From: Octopus vulgaris
Lineage: Eukaryota
DNA length: 64,000 nt
Reading direction: 5' to 3'
NCBI GenBank assembly: GCA_951406725.2
Contig: OX597824.1
Location: forward strand, 57,536,001-57,600,000
A program made the translations under genes and the position numbers. The notes under the pieces are model-generated. The model was not told the origin of the DNA. It searched no databases and saw only the letters and a list, made by a program, of their open reading frames with translations. Positions 1 to 11,933 of this stretch are shown piece by piece; positions within the stretch are counted from its first letter, which is position 1; the number at the start of each line of letters is the position of its first letter.

Positions 1-99
1 AGTAGAGGTTCATAATTCTCTTATATTTTTATTCCGTCTAAAGACTACTATAGGCAGCTGAGGAAATATTTGTCTGAAACGAGCATATTTCCCCGCAAC

Positions 100-727
100 A
101 TACTGGTAACTGTCATGTGGCACTTGAAATGCCAGCGAAATTTCGGTGCCAGTTAATCACTAAAGGAATTCTGTCAGATATTTTACTTTGCTAAAGTTAT
201 GCGTGAAAGTTTGACTTTCGTTACTAAACTTAACTATTTCATTTGCTATTTCTTTTAATCGTGATTCACTGTCATCGCGTTTGACATAATGGGGTACAAA
301 AGCATTTGCATGTTTCTAGTAATCCTCTATGTCAGTAAAAATCCGTTTGAGCCTAAAACATTGAGATGTGGATGATCGGAGCGGCGATGGAGGCAAATGT
401 GATGGGCTTGCAAAATAATTCTGTCATTATTCTACCTCCAGAAAACTTAACTTTTGTGTCCAAAAACTAGACGTAAATTTTATGTTGGACTTACAGACAT
501 TGATTTAGCATAACAATCACAGAAATGCAAGAAGTCAATTAAACTATCTTGTGAACCTTCCCAGACAAAAAGACGTCATCAATGAACCATAACCATGTAG
601 GGATTTGAATGCCTTCAGTAACTGTGTCTCGAAATTCGCCAGGAAGACATCAGCGAAATTAACTGCCATGGCGATACCCATGGCGCAAACCCTCGTCTGG
701 TGGTAAAGTTTTTGTCCAAACTTCATG
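100..727 (-). pseudogene. Penelope-like reverse transcriptase remnant (C-terminal RT motifs)
   Basis: ORF 544..726 KFGQKLYHQ..AMGIAMAVNFADVFLANFETQLL; after a frameshift WLWFIDDVF and NIKFT..SFLEV, typical PLE RT motifs. Left boundary approximate. Confidence 0.75.
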
Positions 728-870
728 GTAAACCCACTCGACGCACCACGAAATCTCTGCGGGGATGGTAAGAACCCCGACAGAATAAACCTAATACGAC
801 ATACTGCAGAAAGTTCTCCGGCTCCAACCTTGCTTCATCGGCCGCAAACCCGGGTGCCGTCGCCTGTAAT
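727..870 (+). repeat. ~143-bp copy of sequence at 1886-2029
   Basis: ggtaaaacccactcgacgcaccacg...cgcctgtaat occurs twice with few mismatches. Confidence 0.9.
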
Positions 871-1150
871 AGTCTTCAGAGAAAATTTGTGGCTGGGTGT
901 CTTTCTACTCCCTGTCGCAAAACGATCAAGTTCTTATATTCAGGATGCTTTTGTCTTTGTGTCTAAAATGAACAACTTTTTAAAGCACCGAAGTCGTGTT
1001 GAAAACTGATTTTTGGTAACCCTTATATCCAAATAGTGACCATGATGAAGGAGTAGAAGCTTGCATGAATGCCTTCGGAAAACGGTGAAACAAAAGTATT
1101 CCATCTAATTTTTTCTGTAGGCTATTGAGGTTTGTGTTATAAAGTAACAT
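871..1150 (+). pseudogene. Penelope-like RT remnant (upstream RT motifs, opposite orientation to 100-727)
   Basis: Frameshifted EKICGWV..FLLPVAKRSSSYIQD..FLVTL..HDEGVEAC..LLRFVL*SN. Confidence 0.65.
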
Positions 1151-1151
1151 G

Positions 1152-1670
1152 GTTTTTTCTATATGCTCATGGTTTTTTCTACATTCGTGGTATTGTGCAT
1201 AGACCGTCGAGAGTCGAGAGTTCTACTGTGACGATTTGAAGCGTTCGAGGGAGGGCATTCGGCGACAGCGACCGGATTTGTGGAGCGCGAAGAATTGGAT
1301 TCTTTACAACGACAATGCATCCTGTCACCGAGCTCAGCTCACTCGCGAGTATCTCGCTAAAAAAAACATGGTATCGCTTCCGCACCCACCCTATTCGCTA
1401 GATTTAGCACCTGCGGGTTTCCTTCTCTTCCCCAAGATAAAAAAAGGTAGCACAAAGGCCGCCATTTTAACATCGTTGTCGAAATCCAGAGTGAATTGCG
1501 GAAGGTCCTCCACTCACTTACGGAAAACGAATCCCAGGCCGGATTCCAAAAGTGGCAGGAAAGCTGGGACCGGTGTATTGCTATTTCGAATGAGATGACG
1601 TTAAAACTTAGATAAATAAGTTATTCTTACTTAAACATAGCTAGTCCGGGAACCTTGTGATACTACCTCG
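1152..1670 (+). mobile_element. mariner 3' half (DD34D transposase pseudogene with right TIR)
   Basis: ORF 1236..1598 WILYNDNASCH..HPPYSLDLAPAGFLLFPKIK; ends ...tactacctcg|TA. Confidence 0.9.
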
Positions 1671-1755
1671 TATATGAACATATGTAATTTTATGCACACA
1701 CACACGCGCGCCCGCGTGCGCCCATATGATTTTGACATAAGAAAGTGTGAGGAAT

Positions 1756-2501
1756 TGTAACAGTTAGAGGACTTTCCGCCCTTTTTTCACCTATTGTGTG
1801 TGACACAAATAGGACATTGCTCAGACTCCTAGGTTGAAGAAGGGAAGAAAGTGCTCTAACTAAAAATTTCTTCCACCTGTCTTGTGGTAAACCCACTCGA
1901 CGCACCACGGAATCTCTGCGGGGATGGTAAGCACCCCGACAGAATAACCCTAATACGACGTACTGCAGAAAGTTCTCCGGCTCCAACCTTGCTTCATCGG
2001 CCGCAAACCCGGGTTCCGTCGCCTGTAATGTAGAGGAGAAGATAAACAAATAGAGGAGCCTGACCGGCTGCTATCAGTTCGTGCCGGTCATCGTTAAGAC
2101 ATCAGGTGTTCTCGGACCCCGTACTGCTGATATCCTCTGCAAAATCAGGATAATTGTAGCCCGTCTGAGAAATGAGACCCGCAAGGTGCAGTGGATGTTG
2201 CAGCTGGTGTCGCTGGCCATTCTCCATGGTAACACCTTTTACTTCGTGAAACTGTAAAGGTCGCTTAGGGTAATTTTGAATGTCCAATTGTGTCTTGCGT
2301 TTTACTTTTCGTTCTCTCCATGATTGTTTAATGGTTTTTATTTAACGGTTTTCATTATCAGTGTTAAGCATATTATTTGATTTACATGTTTATTTATATA
2401 TTTATTTTATTTTTCGTTTTTTGTAAGTCACTTTATTACTTATACGAGAAGTGTTCTTCACTATAACCCAAGTTTCCCGTGTAGTCGAATAGCGAACTAC
2501 A
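1756..2501. mobile_element. unclassified interspersed repeat, possibly solo LTR
   Basis: Starts TGTAACA, GC-richer than flanks, ends ..CTACA, part duplicated at 727-870; no TSD found. Confidence 0.3.
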
Positions 2502-3751
2502 ACTACCAAAATGTATTCTAATCGAAATCAGCGAAACGGAGATTAAGAAACGTGGTGCTTTGATGCTCCACAACTGTTTGTACGCGAGGCACCGTTGCAC
2601 AATAGGTTAAAAAGATCGTAGTGAATAATAAAGAATCTCATGAACTTCATTTTCTTTCTTTCATATCTTATAAACTCTACACGAAGAGATTCCTGAAATA
2701 AATCCAGTGGCATTTACATTTATACTGTTGATAACATCGGGTAGCCGAATGCAGTGAATGGGCTTTAAATATATTACAAGGCGTATATTCAAATTTGAAA
2801 TTACTACTTATATATGTGTTTGTGTATGTGTGTGTGCACGCACGCGCACGCATGCGTGTGTGTGTCTGTATTGTGTTTCTCACCAGCGCTTTACAACCGG
2901 TATTGGTGCGTTTACGTCCCTGTGCTAGGCTTAAAAGAAAAGTACTGGGATCATTTCGTTCGACTGAAAATTCTTCAAGGCGGTGTCCCAGTATGGCTGC
3001 TGTCTAATGACTGAAACGAGTCAAAGATATATACGTAAGTCTCATGTTACATTCGCCTGCTAAAATGCTCGGCATTGATAGCCGTTCTTAGGTTACAATT
3101 TAAAGTCGTAATCTATCCAGACATTGGGAGGTGAGCGTCCGATTAACGCTGTAACATATCCGTCTGAGAAGGTGCAGTGGTCACACAACAATGGACAATG
3201 TACAGAGCTTTATTAAATGCATGTTACGTGCAATGGCGTAATAATATTGGTTCAGAGAGCAGGTATGAGGGAATGAGATAGATTAATAATTAACTGTGTT
3301 CTAAGCAATTCTGTAAGACGAGAAATTAGTGGTGGTGGTCGTATTGGTAGTGATAGTATTAATGGTGGTGGGGATGATAGTACTGATGATGATGATGGTG
3401 ATTGTGGTGGTGGTGGCGGTAGCCTTATGTTGGTACTAGAGGTGTAATTGCGATGGTGTGGTGGTGATGGTCAAACCCACATATTTAGCTTATTAGTGTT
3501 GATGTTAAAGTTGGGTGCGTTTGTAGTGTAGGAAGTTGCTGTGCTGTAGTAGAAGCTGAATAACGCATGGTAAGTAGTGACTAAGCGCAGCCATGTGCAA
3601 AGGCGCAACAGCCCTGAATATCCAGTCTTATTCCCGAACAGCATATGTAAGACAATACTAGCCAATAAACTTCTTTCTACTTTAAGACTGATGAGTGTAA
3701 TTTCATTATTAGTGTTGGTGTGTCTGTGTAGGGGTAATAAGATTGAGAGGA

Positions 3752-3965
3752 AGGTGGCTAGCTGGCAGAAACGTTAGCGCGTCGGGCGAAGTGCTTAGCG
3801 GTATTTCGTCTGTCTTTACGTTCTGAGTTCAAATTCCGCCGAAGTCGACTTTGTCTTTCATCCTTTCGGGGTCGATAAATTAGGTACCAGTTGCGTACTG
3901 GGGTCGATCTAATCGACTGGCTCCTCCCCCAAAATTTCGGGCCTTGTGCCTAGAGTAGAAAAGAT
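3752..3965 (+). mobile_element. tRNA-derived SINE family B
   Basis: ggtggctagctggcagaaacgttagc (A box)..gagttcaaattcc (B box)..ggggtcgata..ggccttgtgcctagagtagaa; recurs many times in window. Confidence 0.85.
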
Positions 3966-4017
3966 TGAGAAGAAGGATTAGGATTTTGGTAGTTACTGAT
4001 ATTAGTGATGATGTTTG

Positions 4018-4200
4018 GTTTCAAATTTTGACACAAGACCAGTAATTTCGAGAAGAGTATAAGTCGATTACATCGACCCCAGTGAAAGGGTGAAAAGCAA
4101 AGTCGACCTCGGTGGAAACTGAACTCAAAACATAAGGACAGACGAAACGCCGCTAAGCATTTTGCTCAACGCAGTAACGATTCTACCAGCTTGCCGCCTT
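4018..4200 (-). mobile_element. SINE family B
   Basis: Reverse-complement match to 3752-3965 with internal deletion. Confidence 0.75.
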
Positions 4201-4614
4201 TATTAGGATGACTATATTAAGAGTCATCAATTGGTGGGATATAACAGAGACAGCATAGATGGCTGTCTGAAAGAGAGAGGAAAGAGGGGACAGCTTCTGA
4301 GAAAGGCGACAATTTTGTAGAGAAGGATTTAGGAAACAATCACGCATAAATTGCCCTTCGCCCTTTAACAATTATAAGGTTCTCAGAGAAGCAACGAGGG
4401 AGCAGTGATTCCATATGAGGAATAACAGCCAAATCACCCTCACTTACCTTCCGTCTTTCTTTCTCTTTCTCTCAAATTGTTTATGCCTTTTCTTTCTCTC
4501 AAATAAAAGTACGTGCTGCTGGTGGTAGTCTTAGACACACAATGCCTGAAAAAGATAAACGGGATGATTGTGTTTTTGATCACAAGTTTGCTCAGTCAAT
4601 AACAGAAGCAAAAT

Positions 4615-4822
4615 TTGTTTCAAATTTTGACACAAGGCTAGCAACTTCAGGGAAGTGGGTAAGTCGATTACATTGACTCCAATGCTCAAATAGTACCTAT
4701 TTCATCGACCCCAATATGATGGAGGTAAAGTCAACCTCGGTGGAATTTAAACTCAGAGCGATAGACCGGCAAAATACCACTGAGCATTTTTCCCGGCGTG
4801 CTTACGCTTCTACCAGTTCGTC
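4615..4822 (-). mobile_element. SINE family B (diverged)
   Basis: Reverse-complement match to family B. Confidence 0.7.
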
Positions 4823-6152
4823 GTTTTACCACAGCAACAATAAAAAAAAAAAGGCATCGGAGGGGCGATGTATAGCTTGCGCGCAGATAATTTTTTTCGC
4901 AAATTGTTGTGGCTTTCAATGCGTTGGTTACCCAAGCTTTTTAATAGAATTGAATTACGCTTTGTAAGTGTTTGACTAAAAGAGAATAAGAAACTTAAGT
5001 AGATGACAGCTAAAAGTAGACTTGATCGATGTCTAAGCCAAACGCATATGAGGGAAATTGCATATGACTAAATAAATGATTATTCAAATAATAATTATTA
5101 TGAAAAAGAAAGTGAGCAAAATGAAATACTTATAAAGAATATTGCATAGAATTTGAGAAGTGTTTTCAACGTCTTTCAGTGATGGTAGGCGAATTAAACT
5201 ACTGTAATTCGTTGTAGGATATAAATTATATGTTCGATTTTAAAATAAGTTCGATTAAAAAAAAACTATTTAGAGTCGCATATCTATGTATGTGTTCATG
5301 TTTGTATATATGTATGTATGTATCCACACGTCTCTTCGTGCATGATCTATACACACATAAGCGAGGTTCGAATAAAATGATATATATATATAGTACTTCA
5401 TCTGGCGAGAGATAAATGATAGTTAATAGACATGATACATCTTTTTATGTGCTAGTAATAGAATTTTGTGCTGAGAATATGCTAAAACGATGCATACCCT
5501 GCGTGCACATAAATTCTTTGTCAAAAAAAGTCAATACGTTTTGATTCACCAGTCCGCCAGTTTTCAAGATAATCAAACTAAATTTTCGAGCCACTCACCG
5601 TATGAGTAGTTTTGCCAAATTTGGTGAAAATCCGTAAAGCCGTTTTCCAATAATTTTGCAAACACAGACAAACAGACGAAGATGAGTGATTGGAGCATGA
5701 CACCCCTGTTCAGACAATGGATTTCTGTTGAAGCCACCTTTCCAGTAGCTATCCCCTACCCTCCGAGCCAAATGCCATTTGATGCAACTGTGGTAGTTGT
5801 TTAACCTCGGATTAGTCTTGTTCAAGCATACATACAGCCAAAGATTACTTGAAAGAGAACAAATTTGGTTGGATGGTCCCACAGGTAATGAGTTGTGTGA
5901 AACTGATAAAAGAAAAAGAAAGGCAGGTGAGAAAGAGAGAGTGAAAGAGGGAAGGAAGAAGATGTATGAGAGAAAGACGTAAGAGAGCGAGAAAGACAGG
6001 GTTTTTCACACATACCTACCCACGCGCGCGCACATACGCATGTATGAATTGAATGTCTATGTGCGCGCGCGCGTTTGTGTAGAGAGGGGAGTAAATGATT
6101 CTCATCAATATTTATCTATATACATACATACAAATAGACATATATATATAAG

Positions 6153-6224
<72 letters not shown>

Positions 6225-6417
6225 TACATACATAAGTACCCATACAACTATCATATAGTGAAGGAAATTGTTGTATACAGTGCTCAGGTCCACTACAAGT
6301 AAAAAAAAAGGCAGAGATACAAAAAAAACAAATAGACTACAAGAACCAAGAGATAGAATAATGTGCATGTGTGCATGTGTGTGTACGCGCGAGCGTATGT
6401 GTGTATGTTTGTTTGTT

Positions 6418-6478
<61 letters not shown>

Positions 6479-7252
6479 AGGAATGGTAAGTGTGGTTTAA
6501 AGCTGTAAATCCAATCTGATTAGTTGGGGCACGGTCTTCCAGTATTTCTTTCCTTTCTCTCAGTTTTGACACAATGTTCAGTTGAAGTTGATACTTAGAT
6601 GATGAAGACAGCTTTAGCCCCCTTGGTTGGTGTCGACAGCAGGTCAGTAGATCGTCACTTTCGTTCCGATACAACGACGACGACGACAACAAAAATAACA
6701 ATGGGAGGTGGGCGCAGTGGATGTATCATGAATGAAGTAGAAATAGAAATAAAGAGAGAAAGAAGCAGGAGGAGGGAACGTTTAAAAAATGGGAATAGTT
6801 GTAGGATTTATAGATATTGGGCGTGATTGAATATCGGAATTGATATTAATGTGTATCGACCAGAACTCTGATACGTCTTTCTTTACCTGAACCGCACAGC
6901 TCCACACACAAAATATTCTCATCTTCCACACATCAGGTGATAAAGTGGCATGATTAGAGTGGTGGTGGTGGTGATAACAGTATGACCATGTTCTTACATG
7001 TGTGAGCATGTAAGAACAGCAAAACATTGTAGCACACACACACACACACACGCGAGCGCGCGCACGCATACACGCATGATGATATCTAATGTTAAAAAAA
7101 ATATCTTTAACTGTTAAACAGAGTTTCAGGTAACCGATCATCAGCTAGATATTTGTGAAGTTTTTTTTAATTTTTCAGCTTCAATACAACTATTTGACTG
7201 CTATATGACTGCTATTTTCTCCTACCTGTTTTGCACATGTATGTGTGTGTGT

Positions 7253-7291
<39 letters not shown>

Positions 7292-8309
7292 GAGAGAGAA
7301 AGAATATTTTGGGTAGAGGTAGTACATCTTAATGTTTTACATGTAGCTCTAAATGTCGTACCCACTTAAACCGCTTCAACTGGGGCAAAAAAATAAATAA
7401 AAGAAAACACACATAAATGAACACAGCCCCACTAGACAGATGACTTTCATGACAAAGTTATCAGTCTAGAATGGAAATATTTCCCAGATCGAATTCTAAC
7501 GTCCTGGTGTTCAGCTCCAATGAAGGTCAAGTAAGATGTAATGAATCGGTGGCTGTGGTTAAATATGGAGTGGGGTGGGTTTCGTCTAGTTTACACGCCC
7601 AAAACAAGCCGTATGTAAGTAGCTTGGTGGTTTGGTGAGTTTTGTAGGGTACTGACTAGAGTCTTAGCCCTGGATACAACGCTCATCTAATTAGCAGAAC
7701 TTCACTTCTCTTAATATTATAGAAGAAATGTATGATGAATACAGTCCAGTTATATCAGGTGATGGGTGTGATGTCAAATATTTTAACTGTAGTGAAATAT
7801 ATTTAGAGATATAATCACAGGGGAGGTGTAACCGTATTAAGATATTAGATATAACTACGGTATTCTTTATCATGATATATACTATTACACACGCACATAC
7901 TCGGATATACACGCGCGCGCATATAAAGTCATATATATGTATGTGCGTATGTATGTATGTATGTATGTATGTATGTATGTATTATGTATATATATATATA
8001 TCCACACACACACACACAGAAACGCAATATACGCATGCATATCAAAAATAGTTGTCGCCATTATGTATACATTCACTGAAACGCATACATATATATGTTA
8101 TCTTATATAATATCTGGTAGATATATCGGTGCGATATTTAATATATTAAGATATAATGTTAGTGTCAGCTGAAATTACATAATTTATCAAGATTGAAAAT
8201 ATGATATAGTGTAACGAAAGTAATATCAGGGAGATTTAGATGTAAATTCATGATATAGGGGAAAACACCGCGCGCGAACGCACACACACAGACACACAGA
8301 CACACACAT

Positions 8310-8362
<53 letters not shown>

Positions 8363-9007
8363 TGATGTTGTATAAGCAAGAATGTACGAAGAAAAAGTTT
8401 GTTTTCGAGCCACGTAGGTTTTGTTCAATATCATGTACAGAGTGGTGTTGGTAAGTCAACTACGATTATATTGGGTTGACCAATGCCTTATGAGTGAAAC
8501 TGGTGAACCGAAAGTGTGTAGGAAAACGTTTTATCCTCCCCCCTTCGCACACATATACACATACGCATGAAAGTGTGTTCGAGGGGCCTTTCTGTGTTCA
8601 CGCGTCTACCTAGACATCTTTCTTTCAGCTCTCAACTCTTGTAAAACTGTTCTCGTGTTCATCTTTCTTATTATACCGGTTCGACTAAGCAATCGATAAA
8701 AATATGTAATTGACTTAAAAAATAAATAACGAAGTCGATGTGGTTGTCGAAAACTCTCGAAACGGTGCCCTTAGTCAAATAAATGAAACAAATAAAAGAT
8801 TATATGAGGTGTGTGAGATCGTGTCTTACAACCAGCCATCACTCGCGAGTGAATGTGGCCTGAACCATTGACTATGCTTTTTCTAATTGTTTTAGGTACC
8901 TATGCAGTTGTGAATAAATATGGGCCCCATCTCGGCCGTCCCACCAGTGACGCTGTGGAACATTCAGAAGGTGACAACTGGAGTGAGATAGGGATACACT
9001 AGTACAA

Positions 9008-10290
9008 GGCTGTTCCCCTGCTCCCGCCCACGCTGCGGCACTTGCCCTTACCTCTCCAACACCACCCTCCTCACCGGCATCCATCATCGACCCTATCACA
9101 TCACCGACTCTTTCACCTTCACCTCTACCAATATCATCTATTGCATCTCTTGCTCTCTCTGCCGTTCTCTGTACATCGGACAAACGGGACGCCACTTGGT
9201 TGACCGGTTCGCGGAACACCTCCGAGACATCCGTCTCGGCAATGACACCCCGGTCTCACGCCATTTCCGCTCTACCGGTCATTCTTTGCAACACTTGTCC
9301 TTGCTCAGAGGACACCCAGGCTCACGTTTGCGCCGTGAACAGGGATTAATCTTCTCTCTTCACTTCTTTGTGCTACATGGGCTCAACTCTCCTCCCCTCT
9401 TCATCTAACCTCCTCCCCTTGTCTCTCTCCCATCACTCCTACTTCCTCCCACCCATCTCTCCTCTCTTGCTCCGACTCCTACTTCTCTTCACCCTACTCT
9501 GTTTCTTTCTTCTCTCTTACTCTCTTTCTCTCATACCACCTTCCCCTTCCCCTTCATCGTCAACCCTCCCCCATAAGCCCACCCCACCCCTACACATTCC
9601 TACGCCACCTTCCCTATCCTTCCCATCCAACCCCATCCTATCCCTTACACCTTCTCCCACATACTCCATCTCTACCCCCACCCTCTGCCTACCCACAAAC
9701 CCTACCTCTACCCCTACCCTCTGCCTACCCACATATCCCAACTTTAACCCATCCCTTAGTCTAACCCACACCCCACCCGTGCTTTCCCCACTCTCGCCTC
9801 CCCAACTCCCAACAACATCACACCACATCACACTACACCATACCACACAACACATCACAACACACCATCACGCACACACCAGCACTGACCAATTCCCATC
9901 CCTACATTTTCACACCTACACATACACACCCGCACACGTCAAGATCACCAGCCCTCTTTCACACGCACATACGTACTCTCTTACACACACGCGCACCTTC
10001 GTTTTGGGATCACTACTACTTTGTTATCTCCCCTACTTCTTCGCTCACCTGAGTGACCCTTCTGTCCGGCATTCGCCATGATAGATCGGTAGCCACTACA
10101 CATATTTTTTTCTCTCATTGTTTCTCTCCTTGTATCTTTCTGTGTTCCTATCTGTGGAAGAGCGTAGGCTCGAAACGTTAAAGACTTTCAATTCCTGAAA
10201 ATTATACAAGTTATACAAGTACATCTGTTTGTTTTCTACACCACCTGTCTTCGTCTTTTGTTCTTTTCGTGAATTCTCCTCCTATATATA
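9008..10290 (+). mobile_element. 5'-truncated Penelope-like element (Neptune-type): GIY-YIG remnant, C-rich 3' UTR, pLTR
   Basis: C..PRCGTCPY..FTFTSTNIIYCISCSLCRSLYIGQTGRHLVDRFAEH..PVSRHF..GLN; terminal segment shared with 34460-34640 and 61915-62085. Confidence 0.85.
10147..10184 (+). ncRNA. variant minimal hammerhead motif (A6U core) in pLTR
   Basis: CTGTGGA a GAGC gtag GCTC GAA ACGT T aaaga; stem I degenerate in this copy. Confidence 0.5.
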
Positions 10291-10389
10291 GGATGAGAAT
10301 TCCTATATAAAGGAATAGATATGTAGAGTGCTAGGTAGATAGGTAAATAGGTAGGTAGATAGATATACATATATATATACATGCATACA

Positions 10390-10589
10390 TGTTTGTAAGC
10401 CATTTAAGAAACACACAAAAGCCGTTCGATTCACTTCAACATTTAAGTTTAATTTGTCAAAATATTTTCGTCGCTATAAGACCGCGACATGTTCACTGAC
10501 AAAAATCCGTGCTGCATTTTGACAAATTAAACTTAAATGTTGAAGTGAATCGAACGGCTTTTGTGTGTTTCTTAAATGGCTTACAAACA
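10390..10589. repeat. fold-back element, ~74-bp inverted arms (PLE pLTR-type)
   Basis: 10390-10463 is the reverse complement of 10516-10589. Confidence 0.9.
10453..10503 (-). ncRNA. type I hammerhead motif with G3-C8 core
   Basis: TTTGTCA GTGAACA t GTCGC ggtcttata GCGAC GAA AATATT T TGACAAA: 7-bp stem I, 5-bp stem II, palindromic stem III. Confidence 0.7.
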
Positions 10590-10690
10590 CCTTCCACGCT
10601 GCAATTGTTTTCGTTCCAGCACACGATCTCAGATCAAATCACTTGCTATGCAAGTACATCTCCGTATATATATATATATATATATATATA

Positions 10691-11010
10691 CTAGCAGTAT
10701 CACCCGGCGTTGCTCGGGTTTGTTTCGACCCTTCAGAATTATAATTTTTGAAAAGTAAAAATGTTGCATTATGTAGCTTGTTATTCTCTTTAAGGGAACA
10801 TTTTTCTGGTTGAAATACACAGAAAAATGGCGATACAGCAGTCAGAAAATCGTAAAGAATAGGGATTTTCATAGAAAAAAAGCACCTTCTACGGAATGAA
10901 AAGCAAGCCTTCTATCATACTCTCAATTTTGGTCAACTTGCGCCGCAGGGTCTCGGACGAGATAGTGTTAGTTGAAGGCTACCAAACCTGCCACACACAG
11001 ACAACTTCAG

Positions 11011-11053
<43 letters not shown>
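10691..11053 (-). mobile_element. non-autonomous Helitron (short form)
   Basis: 5' TCTATATA..AAAGCTGAAG; 3' hairpin cccgagcaacgccggg followed by CTAG; shorter relative of 49355-50436. Confidence 0.85.
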
Positions 11054-11082
<29 letters not shown>

Positions 11083-11126
11083 CCGTTGGAAAACCGATTA
11101 TGGCAGTGACTCGATCAATTCCTACC

Positions 11127-11170
11127 GATATCTGAAGAAGGAATTTTTATATTCCGAAATATATCAGACT
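11127..11170 (+). ncRNA. minimal hammerhead motif
   Basis: CTGAAGA a GGAAT ttttat ATTCC GAA ATATAT C; canonical core, palindromic stem III, weak stem I. Confidence 0.55.
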
Positions 11171-11281
11171 ATAGATAATTAAATTATAACAGTTCTTATA
11201 GTCCACTCTGCATTGTTGTGCCATTCAAGACGTTACATTTCACAAACGATACGCAATGCTTCAAGCGAACTACAATACTCT

Positions 11282-11342
<61 letters not shown>

Positions 11343-11350
<8 letters not shown>

Positions 11351-11465
11351 ATCACGTGATCACGTGACCGACCAGTCCATCAGATGTAGTTACACATCGC
11401 TGGTCACAATGCGTTCGCATTGTTTTAGCCTTCGAATGACGCCACCCCGCTGGCTAAGCGAGCAG

Positions 11466-11468
<3 letters not shown>
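11343..11468 (+). repeat. short interspersed repeat starting with (ATCACGTG)x3
   Basis: Homologous in reverse to 61760-61862. Confidence 0.65.
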
Positions 11469-11502
<34 letters not shown>

Positions 11503-11507
11503 CTCAA

Positions 11508-11610
11508 CGTGCCACTGCGTGACATTTTGGGCAAGTGTCTTCTAATATAGCCTCGGGCCGACCAAAACCTTGTGAGTGGATTTGGTAGACAGAAACTGAA
11601 AGAAGCCTGT

Positions 11611-11683
<73 letters not shown>

Positions 11684-11898
11684 ATGTGTGTATATGTTTG
11701 TGTGTCTGTGTTTGTCCCCCTAGCATTACTTGACAACCGATGCTGGTGTGTTTACGTCCCCGTAACTTAGCGGTTCGGCAAAAGAGCCTGATAGAATAAG
11801 TAATAGACTTACAAAGAATAAGTCCTGGGGTCGATTTGGTCGACTAAAGGTGGCGCTCCAGCATGGCCACAGTCAAATGACTGAAACAAATAAAAGAG

Positions 11899-11900
<2 letters not shown>
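11508..11900 (+). mobile_element. tRNA-derived SINE family A (5' truncated; internal (TA)n(TG)n)
   Basis: ccactgcgtg..ttgggcaagtgtcttct..gaaactgaaagaagcc..cagcatggccacagtcaaatgactgaaac. Confidence 0.9.

Positions 11901-11931
<31 letters not shown>

Positions 11932-11933
<2 letters not shown>

Noticed and set aside
52-95. CTGAGGA..GAAAC hammerhead-like string
   Set aside because: No convincing stems I, II or III.
9368-10081. 237-aa Pro/Ser/Thr-rich ORF
   Set aside because: Low-complexity C-rich 3' UTR of the Penelope-like element.
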